NCBI GenBank assembly: GCA_965655465.1
Contig: CBFHGY010000004.1
Coordinates: 996-54,403 of the forward strand
DNA length: 53,408 nucleotides
From: Bacteroidia bacterium
GTDB taxonomy: Bacteria; Bacteroidota; Bacteroidia; NS11-12g; UBA955
Direction: 5' to 3'
Of this stretch, positions 1 to 9,800 are shown one piece after another (the stretch's first letter is position 1; each line of letters begins with the position of its first letter). Under the pieces are notes generated by a model. The model did no database searches. It saw nothing but the letters and a program-made list of their open reading frames with translations, and was not told the DNA's origin. The position numbers and the translations under genes were made by a program.

Positions 1-596
1 AGTCCTAACATTTGATCTGTATAGGTCCCAAATTCAGATTTGTCTAATCGATTCAATAAACCTAGGTTATAGGTTACAAATAGGTCGATTCTAGTATTGA
101 GACCTGTTTCGAATCCGATTCCGCCTTGTATGTTTGCATTTAAATTTGACTTCCAATCTAATTCTCCTGACTGTTCATCATTTAAATAGTACTTCGAATT
201 CACATAAGCTTCGTATCCAATATTTAAAGCAACAAAAGGTCGCAAAGAAAAGTCTGTACCCCTAGTGTAATATTTCAACCCTGCGCCTAAACTCATTGTA
301 TTTGCGGAATGCGTCATAAGCTGCGTTTCTCCAAAACTTTGTTCGGTGCCAAAATGCGCAAATTGAAGTTGAATGGGCAATGTTAACTGCGAATTAGACG
401 TAAGTATCTGTTCGTATACCCCCCCAATAGATATATACGATTTTCCTGTAACTTCTTGCTCTACATTATCAGGAGTCGCATACTTAGCATCATAAGAGCC
501 CCATTGAGCACTTACACCAAAAGACTGCGCTTGTGCATTTTGGGAAACACTTAGAATGACCCAAATGCAAAATGCTTTTACTATATTTTTTTTCAT
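1..596 (-). CDS. Outer-membrane beta-barrel / porin-family protein (3' end runs off the window)
   Basis: Absent from the ORF track because it is truncated. Hand translation from ATG 596 gives MKKNIVKAFCIWVILSVSQNAQAQSFGVSAQWG...SLGAGLKYY...RPFVALNIGY...GGIGFE...RIDLFVTYNLGL. It has a signal peptide (AQA|Q) and alternating beta-strand patterns, and is open to position 1. Confidence 0.7.
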   Translation of the reverse strand, partial: MKKNIVKAFCIWVILSVSQNAQAQSFGVSAQWGSYDAKYATPDNVEQEVTGKSYISIGGVYEQILTSNSQLTLPIQLQFAHFGTEQSFGETQLMTHSANTMSLGAGLKYYTRGTDFSLRPFVALNIGYEAYVNSKYYLNDEQSGELDWKSNLNANIQGGIGFETGLNTRIDLFVTYNLGLLNRLDKSEFGTYTDQMLG

Positions 597-602
597 AAAC
601 GG

Positions 603-1115
603 TTATAAAGGGGATGAAATCTTTGAAAACTTAATGCTTGCTTCGTTGTCATTGCTATCCCGCACAGAAAGTATATATATGCCAGGACTTAAAGATGAAA
701 CATCAATTTCTTGAATTGAAAAATCTGCGGCTCCATGCGTTTGATTCATAACGCGTCCATTTAAATCCATTACCCGAATTCCATCAATGTAAGAAGGAAG
801 TTTTGAGGTTGTAGAAATTCTAAGATTTAAGACTTCCTCTACGGGATTCGGAAATACAGAAAGTTCAATTTTAGTTTCAGGTAAAGACAACTCCTGAAAA
901 ACAGGCAATAATTGACCTTGATAAAATATTCCTGATTTTGTTTGTTCTGATTTAAAAACCGCGTAAGGCTGTCCAATACTTTGGGTTATTGTTACCCCTT
1001 CTGATTGGGACATTTGTAAAAAAGTACTTCCAAAGGTTTGTGATTGTGCACTAACTTTAAGGGTGAAAAAAATTGCGATTAACCAACACCAGAAACGAGA
1101 CAGAATACTTTTCAT
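603..1115 (-). CDS. Small T9SS type A sorting-domain (CTD) protein
   Basis: Signal peptide from MKSILSRFW (ATG 1115). C-terminal SVFPNPVEEVLNL...MDLNGR...IDVSSLSPGIYILSV...KFSK is a Por secretion tail. Confidence 0.85.
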   Translation of the reverse strand: MKSILSRFWCWLIAIFFTLKVSAQSQTFGSTFLQMSQSEGVTITQSIGQPYAVFKSEQTKSGIFYQGQLLPVFQELSLPETKIELSVFPNPVEEVLNLRISTTSKLPSYIDGIRVMDLNGRVMNQTHGAADFSIQEIDVSSLSPGIYILSVRDSNDNEASIKFSKISSPL

Positions 1116-1446
1116 AGAGTTCTGCAAAACTGTTACATTTCCTAGACTCCGAAAGACGCATAGTGACAAGTTGTGACAATTAATATTTACATTTTTTACA
1201 AATCCATTGTGCTGGAAATCCCAATGATACAGGACTCAAAAACCATTAAAAGGTTATTATACAATATTTTAAACCGAATAAAAATCAAAAATGTGACAAT
1301 ATTGAAAGCATCACATATATCGAACCCAGAAACTATCGACCTTATTATACATTCATTTATTTTAACCCCAAATGCGAATATTTCGGTTTCCCTGCCTATA
1401 AATTCAATGGTCCAAAATGACACTTATTGGGTGTCATGTTCCCATT

Positions 1447-2634
1447 TTAATCTATGGGTCTTAAAGGAAATACACTGCTTTTAAGCATCCATAACCAGGC
1501 TAACAAAATAGAAAAAGCTTTAAGTTGTGCCGTTTCCACAATCCAGTATCGAAGCCATTTGGGATAAATATCCGTAGGGCCCAAAACGGCAAAAAGCAGA
1601 ACCGCAGTAAGTATGAACACGGGTATTCTAGATCGTTCTTCGGTATCCCCCGAGAAAAATAAGACAATGCCCCCCAAGGCAATTACATAGGTAGCAGATT
1701 CAGACATGTGATTGAATAACACAACCCATACAAGTAAAGCCGACCCCATTTGTACAATTTTTCGATTAGAATTTGGTGCATTTTGCTTGTAAAAAGCGAT
1801 CCATATTATCGCGGCCAATTGTAAAAACAATGCCCCTAACAATACGATGTTTTTAGGCAATAACACTCCGAACCAAGCTTGAAACCAGCCCATGAAGCTC
1901 AATTTTACATAGGTTCCACTGTCTTGCTGTAAAAGTAATAACCACCACCGATATTCAGATATTAGGTATTCAGAGCGTACCCAAATCAACGGGAGCAATA
2001 ACAATGTTGTACCATAGGTCAAACCCAAAAGAATGCCCTTAGGAATTAAACGCGGTTTCAATAAAAATAAGAAAAAGAAGAGCCAACCAAAAATTTTGAT
2101 AAATCCTGAAAATAGAATCAATATCACTACTTGTCCGACTTTCTCACGTTGGAATGCTGAGATTGCCCACAAAAGCAATCCAAGCACCAAGCCATTGCTT
2201 TGCGCGTTTAAAAGTGATGTAATACTTTCTGCGAGCAATAATAAAATCAATAGGTTTCTGGTTTTGGCATGTAAGCCGATAATTTGATGAATCGCCCAAA
2301 AAGGCAACATCACATTTATTAATGACCAAAGTGCAAGTCCAAATACATTAGGCAAGTAATAAAAAGGTACAAAGGCCAAAGCACAGGTAGGGGAATATTT
2401 AAATAAGTCATAGTGAATGGGATCATTGCTTATATAAAGAGGTAATTCGTTAAGCAGATTATACCCGGAAAGTTTAAAAATGAGAAAATTGTTATATGCT
2501 GCTACGTCAAAGTTAATATTATTGATATGAACAGGAGGCGCACTTAATAGTTTTGCCGTGATGGCTAATGCGGCTGCGACGTACAGAATCACATTTACAC
2601 GGGATAACTTCAACTTTGAAAAATAGGCCTTCAT
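1447..2634 (-). CDS. Glycosyltransferase family 87 (DUF2029)-like polytopic membrane protein
   Basis: Multi-TM protein with YNNFLIF, DLFKYSPTCAL, LNAQSNGL, FIKIFG and FNHMSESATY motifs typical of Bacteroidota GT87. Confidence 0.75.
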   Translation of the reverse strand: MKAYFSKLKLSRVNVILYVAAALAITAKLLSAPPVHINNINFDVAAYNNFLIFKLSGYNLLNELPLYISNDPIHYDLFKYSPTCALAFVPFYYLPNVFGLALWSLINVMLPFWAIHQIIGLHAKTRNLLILLLLAESITSLLNAQSNGLVLGLLLWAISAFQREKVGQVVILILFSGFIKIFGWLFFFLFLLKPRLIPKGILLGLTYGTTLLLLPLIWVRSEYLISEYRWWLLLLQQDSGTYVKLSFMGWFQAWFGVLLPKNIVLLGALFLQLAAIIWIAFYKQNAPNSNRKIVQMGSALLVWVVLFNHMSESATYVIALGGIVLFFSGDTEERSRIPVFILTAVLLFAVLGPTDIYPKWLRYWIVETAQLKAFSILLAWLWMLKSSVFPLRPID

Positions 2635-2640
2635 AACGCA

Positions 2641-2666
2641 AAAAAAGGGGCAAAAAGCCCCTTTTT
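2641..2666 (-). terminator. Intrinsic terminator (bidirectional-type hairpin) after the OmpA gene
   Basis: AAAAAGGGGC-AAAAA-GCCCCTTTTT. Confidence 0.8.
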
Positions 2667-2685
2667 CAAGATAAACATGTTCACA

Positions 2686-5600
2686 TTATTTCATTACACG
2701 GACGCCATCGTCGAATTTCACTACAAACGCATCTTTCATGCCTTTGTTTCTTAATCCTTTTTTATAGGTTTCTGCTGCTTCTTCCGTACTAAAGGCTCCT
2801 GTGCAATATTTATAATATTTACCCGAACGATACATAAAAATATCCTTCATGCCCATAGCCAGGAATTTATTCTCATTAACCGGTTTCAAGGTCATTTTAA
2901 ATTGAACGCGGTAAACCACTCCTGGCACCATTTTAGATTCGGTTGAATTTACATTGTTGGCGTTAACCGCAGCTTTGTTGTTTTTTGGAGCTGTTACAGC
3001 CACTGTTTCTGCGGTCCTTGAGGTGGTTGAAATCTCCGTTTGGGGATTATCTGCAATGTTCGGAACTAAATCCTTCGGATACTTTTTATAATTAGAAGGT
3101 GCTTCAAACTTGTCTGGAATGCCATCCTCGTCGGAATCTGTATCGATATAATCTGCTTTACCATCGTTATCGGTATCTTTAGTTCCTTCAACTTTATCTG
3201 GAATTCCATCATTGTCGGAGTCTTCATCACGGTAATTGGGAATGCCATCGCCATCGGTATCTTTAATTCCCTCTACGTCATCTGGAATTCCATCGTTATC
3301 GGAATCCTGATCTAAGAAATTCATTACCCCATCGTTATCTGAATCGCGGGTACCTTCTAATTTATCAGAAGTACCGTCACCGTCAGAATCCAAATCTAAG
3401 TAGTTCGGATTGCCATCATTATCGGCATCTCCTACCCCTTCAACATCATCGGGAATTCCATCATTGTCAGAGTCGGTATCCATGAAATTCTTTTTTCCGT
3501 CGCGATCAAAATCTGAGGAACCTTCCATACGGTCAGGAATTCCATCGTTGTCTGAATCTAAATCAATAAAGTTTGGCAAACCATCTTTATCGGTATCTAC
3601 ACGACCCTCCGTTGCATCAGGTATGCCATCATTGTCAGAATCCGAATCTAAGTAATCTGGGATTCCATCTCCGTCCGCATCTCCAATTTTCATATCCCCT
3701 TGCACTAAATCTTCTTGATTGATGACTCCTGAATTTGGATTTTTAGATCTTTTTCCGCCTGCATTATTATCTGCAATAGACCTGTTTTGGTTCGACATAT
3801 TATCTCCCGAGCCATTCCCATCGTTATTGCTTGCAAGTGCTGCACTATTGTCTGCAATAAACTCTGTACCATCGCAAGGCAACAATCCCGAAATGATATA
3901 TTCGGTACGGCGATTGAGTGCATGTTCTTGATCGCTACAATTTACCCCATCAAAACATCTGTTAATTAATTTTGATTCCCCAAAACCTTTATAGGTAATT
4001 GTTCTAGAAGAAACCCCTTTATTTATTAGATAGTCGTAAACAGATTTTGCACGTGCTGTAGAAAGTGCTTGATTAATTTCATTACTTCCTCTGGAATCGG
4101 TGTGTGAACCCAATTGCACCCGTAGACCCGGATTATCCTTAAGTACAATTGCAACACGATCCAATTCTTCTTTACTTTGGCGCGTTAATTGGTAGCTGTT
4201 TACTTCGTAATAAATCGGTTTTACTTCGAATAAAACTCCTAAATCTTCTCCTATTTTATACTTCTGCAAACCTAAACGCAGCTTTCTTTTGCCATCAGGA
4301 GTTACAAAATAATTGCTTACTGCGCCATATTTGTATCCGCAAGGATGTGCTGAGAGCTGTACTTTTGCATCCTTAGGAATGTCAGCATAGCTTGAATTTC
4401 CAGTTGAATCCAATTCGCCTTTAATAGCCAAATTATCATCTTCCAAATTATCCAATGCAAAGGTGGCACCTGGAATAATTTGCCCAGTTTCTTCATCAAA
4501 AATTTCTACAATTAATTCGTCCTGAGTAGGAGCTTTTTGCACAGAGTCTATATTAAGAATCTTAAAATAATAAAGGTCATCATTTATAGATTTAGCTTCA
4601 CGATTGGACGCAAAAACACCAGAACCCTCAAATACCACGGGTGCGATATCATCGCTATTGCTGTTTAGGGGTTTTCCCACGTTAAGAATCATATTTGAAT
4701 TTCTATCAATGGTATAAATGTCTAAACCACCGAAACCCAAATGTCCCTCAGAAGAAAAATAGAAATCGCCGGTTGCGCTAAAACGAGGAAAATTATCGCG
4801 TAACATCGTATTTACTTGGGGGCCCATATTTACTGGTTCTCCTACTTTTACGCCATCGGGTCCATTAGCAATGATAGGAGCTTCATATAAATCTGATTTC
4901 CCATAACCACCTGGCATATCAGAAACAAAAACCACCTTGCTGCCATCGGGTGCAATTACCAAATCAGCGATGTTAAATTTGTCGTTATTCAACTGAAATG
5001 GGATTTCTTTCCATTTCTTTCCAACTTTTTTAAGGGCAAAAACCTGCAATAATTGTTCTTTGTTTGCATTGGGCTTAGTGGCATTGCGGGTAATGTATAT
5101 CAATCCGTTTGCCTCGTCATAATGAGAAACATATTGGTGGCTTCTGGATCGGTTAAAATCCACTTCCTTGGCAGCGCCAAGAGTACTGTCGTTAAATTTG
5201 GCTTTAACGATAACATTATAAGGTGCATTGTGAGCTGCAGAACGGATTTTCCATAAGCCTGTTTCTTTTTTTGTTTGGTTAAAAAAGGCATTACCGTCAG
5301 GGGTGGTGATTAAACCATAATCTGCTTTGGAACTGCTTTGGGGGATTTTTTTAACGGAATAGTTATCCGAGAAATTAAACTCCGCCCAATAGTCTTCGCG
5401 TTTGTCTTTGTTTTCTTGATAAAAATCAGGTGTTAACTCATCAAAAAGGGGCACACCTGCATAGAAATTATCCTTTAAAAACAATATCAAGGAGTCCGAA
5501 AGTCCATACATTTCCATTTTCCTTGCGGATAGTGCAAAATATAAAAGATCTAGAGGGCTTACCTCGTTAGGGTATTTATCCGCGAGTTCGAAATAGGCAT

Positions 5601-5835
5601 CAAAAGCCTTATCGGTAATTTCCATGCGGCTATAGGCATAGGCTAATATTTTTTGATTGGGATAATCGCGTTTTTTAGCAATGGTTTTTTCATCATTTTT
5701 ACGCACAATTTCCTCATATTTCTCCTGTTTAAGGAGATTTAACATATTCGTTTGTGCGCTGGAAATACCGATCCAACAAAACGTAAAAGTTAACAGGATA
5801 CCTCTTTTCAAAACATTCATGTTCTTGCTTTTCAT
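2686..5835 (-). CDS. PorE-like OmpA-family protein: TPR-like, PD40 beta-propeller, OmpA_C, TSP3-type Asp repeats and a C-terminal SPOR-like domain
   Basis: PD40 motifs (VFVSDMPGGYGKSDLY, FSSEGHLGFGGLDIY). OmpA_C motifs (IYYEVNSY...GSHTDSRGSNEINQALSTARAKSV...NRRTE). Seven DxDxDG repeats, and a terminal YRVQF...YKYCTG...DAFVV. Confidence 0.85.
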   Translation of the reverse strand: MKSKNMNVLKRGILLTFTFCWIGISSAQTNMLNLLKQEKYEEIVRKNDEKTIAKKRDYPNQKILAYAYSRMEITDKAFDAYFELADKYPNEVSPLDLLYFALSARKMEMYGLSDSLILFLKDNFYAGVPLFDELTPDFYQENKDKREDYWAEFNFSDNYSVKKIPQSSSKADYGLITTPDGNAFFNQTKKETGLWKIRSAAHNAPYNVIVKAKFNDSTLGAAKEVDFNRSRSHQYVSHYDEANGLIYITRNATKPNANKEQLLQVFALKKVGKKWKEIPFQLNNDKFNIADLVIAPDGSKVVFVSDMPGGYGKSDLYEAPIIANGPDGVKVGEPVNMGPQVNTMLRDNFPRFSATGDFYFSSEGHLGFGGLDIYTIDRNSNMILNVGKPLNSNSDDIAPVVFEGSGVFASNREAKSINDDLYYFKILNIDSVQKAPTQDELIVEIFDEETGQIIPGATFALDNLEDDNLAIKGELDSTGNSSYADIPKDAKVQLSAHPCGYKYGAVSNYFVTPDGKRKLRLGLQKYKIGEDLGVLFEVKPIYYEVNSYQLTRQSKEELDRVAIVLKDNPGLRVQLGSHTDSRGSNEINQALSTARAKSVYDYLINKGVSSRTITYKGFGESKLINRCFDGVNCSDQEHALNRRTEYIISGLLPCDGTEFIADNSAALASNNDGNGSGDNMSNQNRSIADNNAGGKRSKNPNSGVINQEDLVQGDMKIGDADGDGIPDYLDSDSDNDGIPDATEGRVDTDKDGLPNFIDLDSDNDGIPDRMEGSSDFDRDGKKNFMDTDSDNDGIPDDVEGVGDADNDGNPNYLDLDSDGDGTSDKLEGTRDSDNDGVMNFLDQDSDNDGIPDDVEGIKDTDGDGIPNYRDEDSDNDGIPDKVEGTKDTDNDGKADYIDTDSDEDGIPDKFEAPSNYKKYPKDLVPNIADNPQTEISTTSRTAETVAVTAPKNNKAAVNANNVNSTESKMVPGVVYRVQFKMTLKPVNENKFLAMGMKDIFMYRSGKYYKYCTGAFSTEEAAETYKKGLRNKGMKDAFVVKFDDGVRVMK
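3094..3681 (-). repeat. Seven tandem 28-aa (84-bp) Ca-binding TSP3-like repeats
   Basis: Units such as DADGDGIPDYLDSDSDNDGIPDATEGRV and DTDGDGIPNYRDEDSDNDGIPDKVEGTK. Confidence 0.85.
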
Positions 5836-5841
5836 TACTAA

Positions 5842-6792
5842 TTAGAAATAACGTGGGGTGATTACACGACGGTTTGCTACATAAGGGATGGCATATTGAA
5901 TACCAAATTCATGAGAACCGTTTACATAGTTGTTAATTGGGGCCAATCTATGGTCGTAAGAATAAACCAATGTAAAATTAGGGGTTACTTGGGCCATTGC
6001 CATAATACCTGCTTCACCCCCTGAGCGGTAAAAAGCTCCAATTGAATAGTCATCCAAATAGATGGCATGCACGTTTAAATCCACTTGAATTGGCGCACCG
6101 GTTGCGATTTTTATTTGGGTAGTGGGTTTGATTTTTAGATCGCTGTTTACCTCATGAACATATCCCGCGAAAGCATAATATTGCGTACTGGTAGCATAGC
6201 TGATATCTACATTGTTAACCGGATTATCACCTACAAACACCATACGCGGTGCTGAAACTCCTGCAAAGAATTTTTCGGAATAGAGATAAACCCCAAAACC
6301 TGCCATTGGAGCTAAAATATTCAAATCGTTATTACGAAAAGCAACGTCTACATCCACGTCTCTATTTAACTGAGACAAGTTTATATTATAATTGAACAAA
6401 CCACCCCGAAGACCTACTGCCAAGCGAAGATCTTTGGTAATTTGTTTATTCCAGGCTAAGGAGAGTGCGATTTGCGTTTCACGCATGGGGCTTGCCGTTT
6501 GAAACTTACCTAAACTCCCTGTTTGAAGATTCAAACCTCCCCCGAAATCTCCTACTATAGGGCTATGCACACCTAAATTGTAGTATCTAGGCGCTCCGGG
6601 CAAGTTCAACCATTGCATGCGCGCCAAACTATTGGCAACTAAAGTTTGCTTAGAACCCGCATACGCTGGATTTAGTGCCAAGGCATTATAGTCGTAATGC
6701 GAATACATTTGCTCTTGTTGCGCGTGCACTTCTGACGTAGCAGTAATGCCCGCGATGGCAAACAAAAGGCTGTATATTTTAAAATTTTTCAT
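5842..6792 (-). CDS. Type IX secretion system membrane protein, PorP/SprF family
   Basis: AQQEQMYSHYDYNALALNPAYAG...ARMQWLNLPGAP...YSYD...GSHEFGIQY...ITPRYF. Start placed at MKNFKIY (6792), just after the stop of the upstream gene. Confidence 0.92.
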   Translation of the reverse strand: MKNFKIYSLLFAIAGITATSEVHAQQEQMYSHYDYNALALNPAYAGSKQTLVANSLARMQWLNLPGAPRYYNLGVHSPIVGDFGGGLNLQTGSLGKFQTASPMRETQIALSLAWNKQITKDLRLAVGLRGGLFNYNINLSQLNRDVDVDVAFRNNDLNILAPMAGFGVYLYSEKFFAGVSAPRMVFVGDNPVNNVDISYATSTQYYAFAGYVHEVNSDLKIKPTTQIKIATGAPIQVDLNVHAIYLDDYSIGAFYRSGGEAGIMAMAQVTPNFTLVYSYDHRLAPINNYVNGSHEFGIQYAIPYVANRRVITPRYF

Positions 6793-6811
6793 ACTTCTTT
6801 TTAATTTGAAA

Positions 6812-9800
6812 TTAACGCTTAATGTAAATGTTACCTGTAATATCTTCACGGTTCTGGCCGTTTGGTTTAAATACATAGTAATACAAGCCTTCTGTTAAGT
6901 CACTTCCCAAGCCAGGCATACTCGACTTGTTACTTCCATCCCAGTTGTTTTTGTATCCGTTTCCAGAATCAAAAATCACTTGACCATTACGGTTAAAAAC
7001 AATCAACTGGGCTTTGGTATACACTTTCAATCCTTGAATAACCAAGAATTCATTTACGCCATCACCGTTAGGCGAGAATGCTTCTGGAATTCGGAATTGA
7101 GCATCCTTATAATCAGGGATTCCATTTCCATCAGAATCGCCTTGACCTTCATCTGCATCTAGAACATCGTCGTTATCTGAATCGGTATCTCTGAAATCAG
7201 CAATACCATCTCCATCGGTATCTAATGGATTCGTACCATCGGAACCTGCCTCGATTGCATCTAAAATGCCATCTCCATCAGAATCTAGATCGCGGAAATC
7301 TTCTGTTCCATCGTTATCAGTATCTACTGGGTTATTAGGATCTGCACCCGCTTCAATTGTATCTGGAATGCTATCGCCGTCTGAATCTAAATCTCGGAAA
7401 TCGTCTTTTCCGTCGCCATCTGTATCCACTGGATTGGTAGGATCTGTGCCTGCTTCTACTTCATCAGGAATGGTATCCCCATCTGAATCTAGATCGCGGA
7501 AATCCTCTTTACCGTCGCCATCCGTATCTACCGGATTGGCAGGATCAGTGCCAGCTTCATACGTATCTGAGATGCCATCATCATCAGAATCGGTATCCCT
7601 GAAATCTTCATTTCCATCATTATCTGTATCAACAGGATTTGTTGGATCTGAACCTGCTTCATACGTATCTGAAATTCCATCATCATCAGAATCGGTATCT
7701 CTGTAATCTGCCTTACCGTCATTGTCCGAATCGGTTGAACCCTCTACAGAATCGGGTATTTGATCGTTGTCTGAATCTGTTTCACGGAAATCCATATTGG
7801 TGTCCGCATCTGAATCTGCAGGTTTTAAATCTCCATTATCTCCAAAACCACTGGTTGCACCATCTGCCTCGTCCATGATGCCATCAGAATCCGCATCGGT
7901 TACATCGTCTAAGATTCCATCTGCATTGGCATCTGTATGACCTTGCAAACTCTCTAACAGGTCGAATAGACCATCTTCGTCGGAGTCAAGATCTAAGTAA
8001 TCTGGAATACCGTCGTTATCGGTATCAACAGCAGCTGTTAAAACGGCAGTTAAATCGTCGTTTATACCATCCCCGTCTGCATCGGTTGAACCGTTTTCAA
8101 TGACATCATTTATGCCGTCGTTATCCGAATCGAGATCACGGAAATCTGAAATTCCATCGCCATCCGAATCCAACAGAGCGTGTTTTCCGTTATTTTCTGT
8201 TTTATCGGCTAAACCGTCATTATCCGAATCTGTATCGAGATAATCTAAAGTGCCATCGGCATCAGTATCGAAGTTTTTCTCAATATAATCTGGAATACTA
8301 TCGTTATCTGAATCCAATAGATCAACATAAATAAACTGTGTTTTTGTGGTGATATTCCCTTGTTTGTCTCTCACACTCACGGTGATTATCGGCATTCCCA
8401 CATCACCTACATAGAAGGTATCCTGACTTACCCATGTTGAATCCACATTGCAGTTATCGGTTGCGGAAACAATAATATCATTTAGGTCTAAAACGGCTGT
8501 ACCTGAAGTGTCGATTCCAATATTTGTGCTTTTGGTTACTAATATTGGTTTAATGGTATCGATTACATTCACATTGAAAGTAGTTTCAGATACATTATCA
8601 AACTTGTCGGTTACTCGGAAAGTAATCTGTTTTACAGGGCCGTCTGAACAGATAAGGGTATCGCCTATTATTTCTCTCTTTTTGATGCCACAATTATCAT
8701 AAGTACCCCCGTCAATATCATCTGGGGTGATGGTATCACGACCGGTTGTACTGAGATAGAAATCTGGTAACGTTGGTTTTATTACAATTACGGGCTTAAC
8801 GGTATCCAAAACAGTAACGAGCGTGCTGTCCTTTGAAATATAGCCACTACCGTCTTTTCCGATTAAGAATACTTTAAACTCCTTAGTTACATCGTCGCAG
8901 TCAAAACTTGTTTTTCCATTAAGATAAACATCCAAAGGTATACAAGAGGTATTATCGGTACTTCCTAAGTCAATATCAGCAGTTCCAATCGTTTTTATTG
9001 GATTTACTGCAGGTCCTAAATAAACCGTATCGCGCACTTTTGCGATCATAATTGGGGCTAAGGTATCTCGTACATGGACTTCAATAGAATCTATTGTTTT
9101 ATTCTTTGAGGCATCCATAAACGTTATATATACCATGATACTGTCCGTAGAAATATCTGCACAGCTAAACGTTTGTTGGGAGTAAATTGTATCCGTTATT
9201 TCGCAATTATCAAATGCTGAAATCAAGTAATCCGAATCGTGTAATGTATAGGTACCATCTGGACCTAAATAGACAACAATCGAATCTTTAACCACCACAT
9301 CAAATGGTGCCAATGTATCCAACAAGGTTACAAGGGCCGTATCATGAGTAACATTACCGCTGGCGTCTTCTACAAAAACCAAAACTTCAAATACACCAGT
9401 ATCTCCGCATGTGAAGAAGGTATCAGACGTATAAATTTTTGTTATACCACAATTGTCATTGCCTGAATTATAAAGTAAAGCGGGTAAAATCGTATCGCGA
9501 CCATTAGAATCGAGGTATCGGGTAATGTTATTAACTATTGGGGTATCGGGGGCAAGGGTATCTAGTACTTGAATTTCAATGTTTTTGGATACGAAATTTC
9601 CTGAGGCATCCTTAACCGTTACTGTATAGGTTGCTGAACCTAAATCTGCGCAGGTAAATACGGTTTGCATGGTGGTATCTACAACTCCACAATTATCGTA
9701 GGTATATTTAACGATTTCTTTTTTGGGAAGTAATGCTTGTCCGCTTGCGTCTAAGTACAAAATAGTATCGGTTCGAATTTTTAAAGAATCAGGAGCTCGG

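Noticed and set aside
1173-1484. AT-rich ORFs 1173-1484 (+) and 1196-1423 (-)
   Set aside because: They show no recognisable motifs and overlap each other; this is likely intergenic promoter DNA.
3410-7706. Ser/Pro-rich plus-strand ORFs (3410-3655, 7266-7706)
   Set aside because: They are antisense shadows of the Asp/Gly-rich TSP3 repeats.
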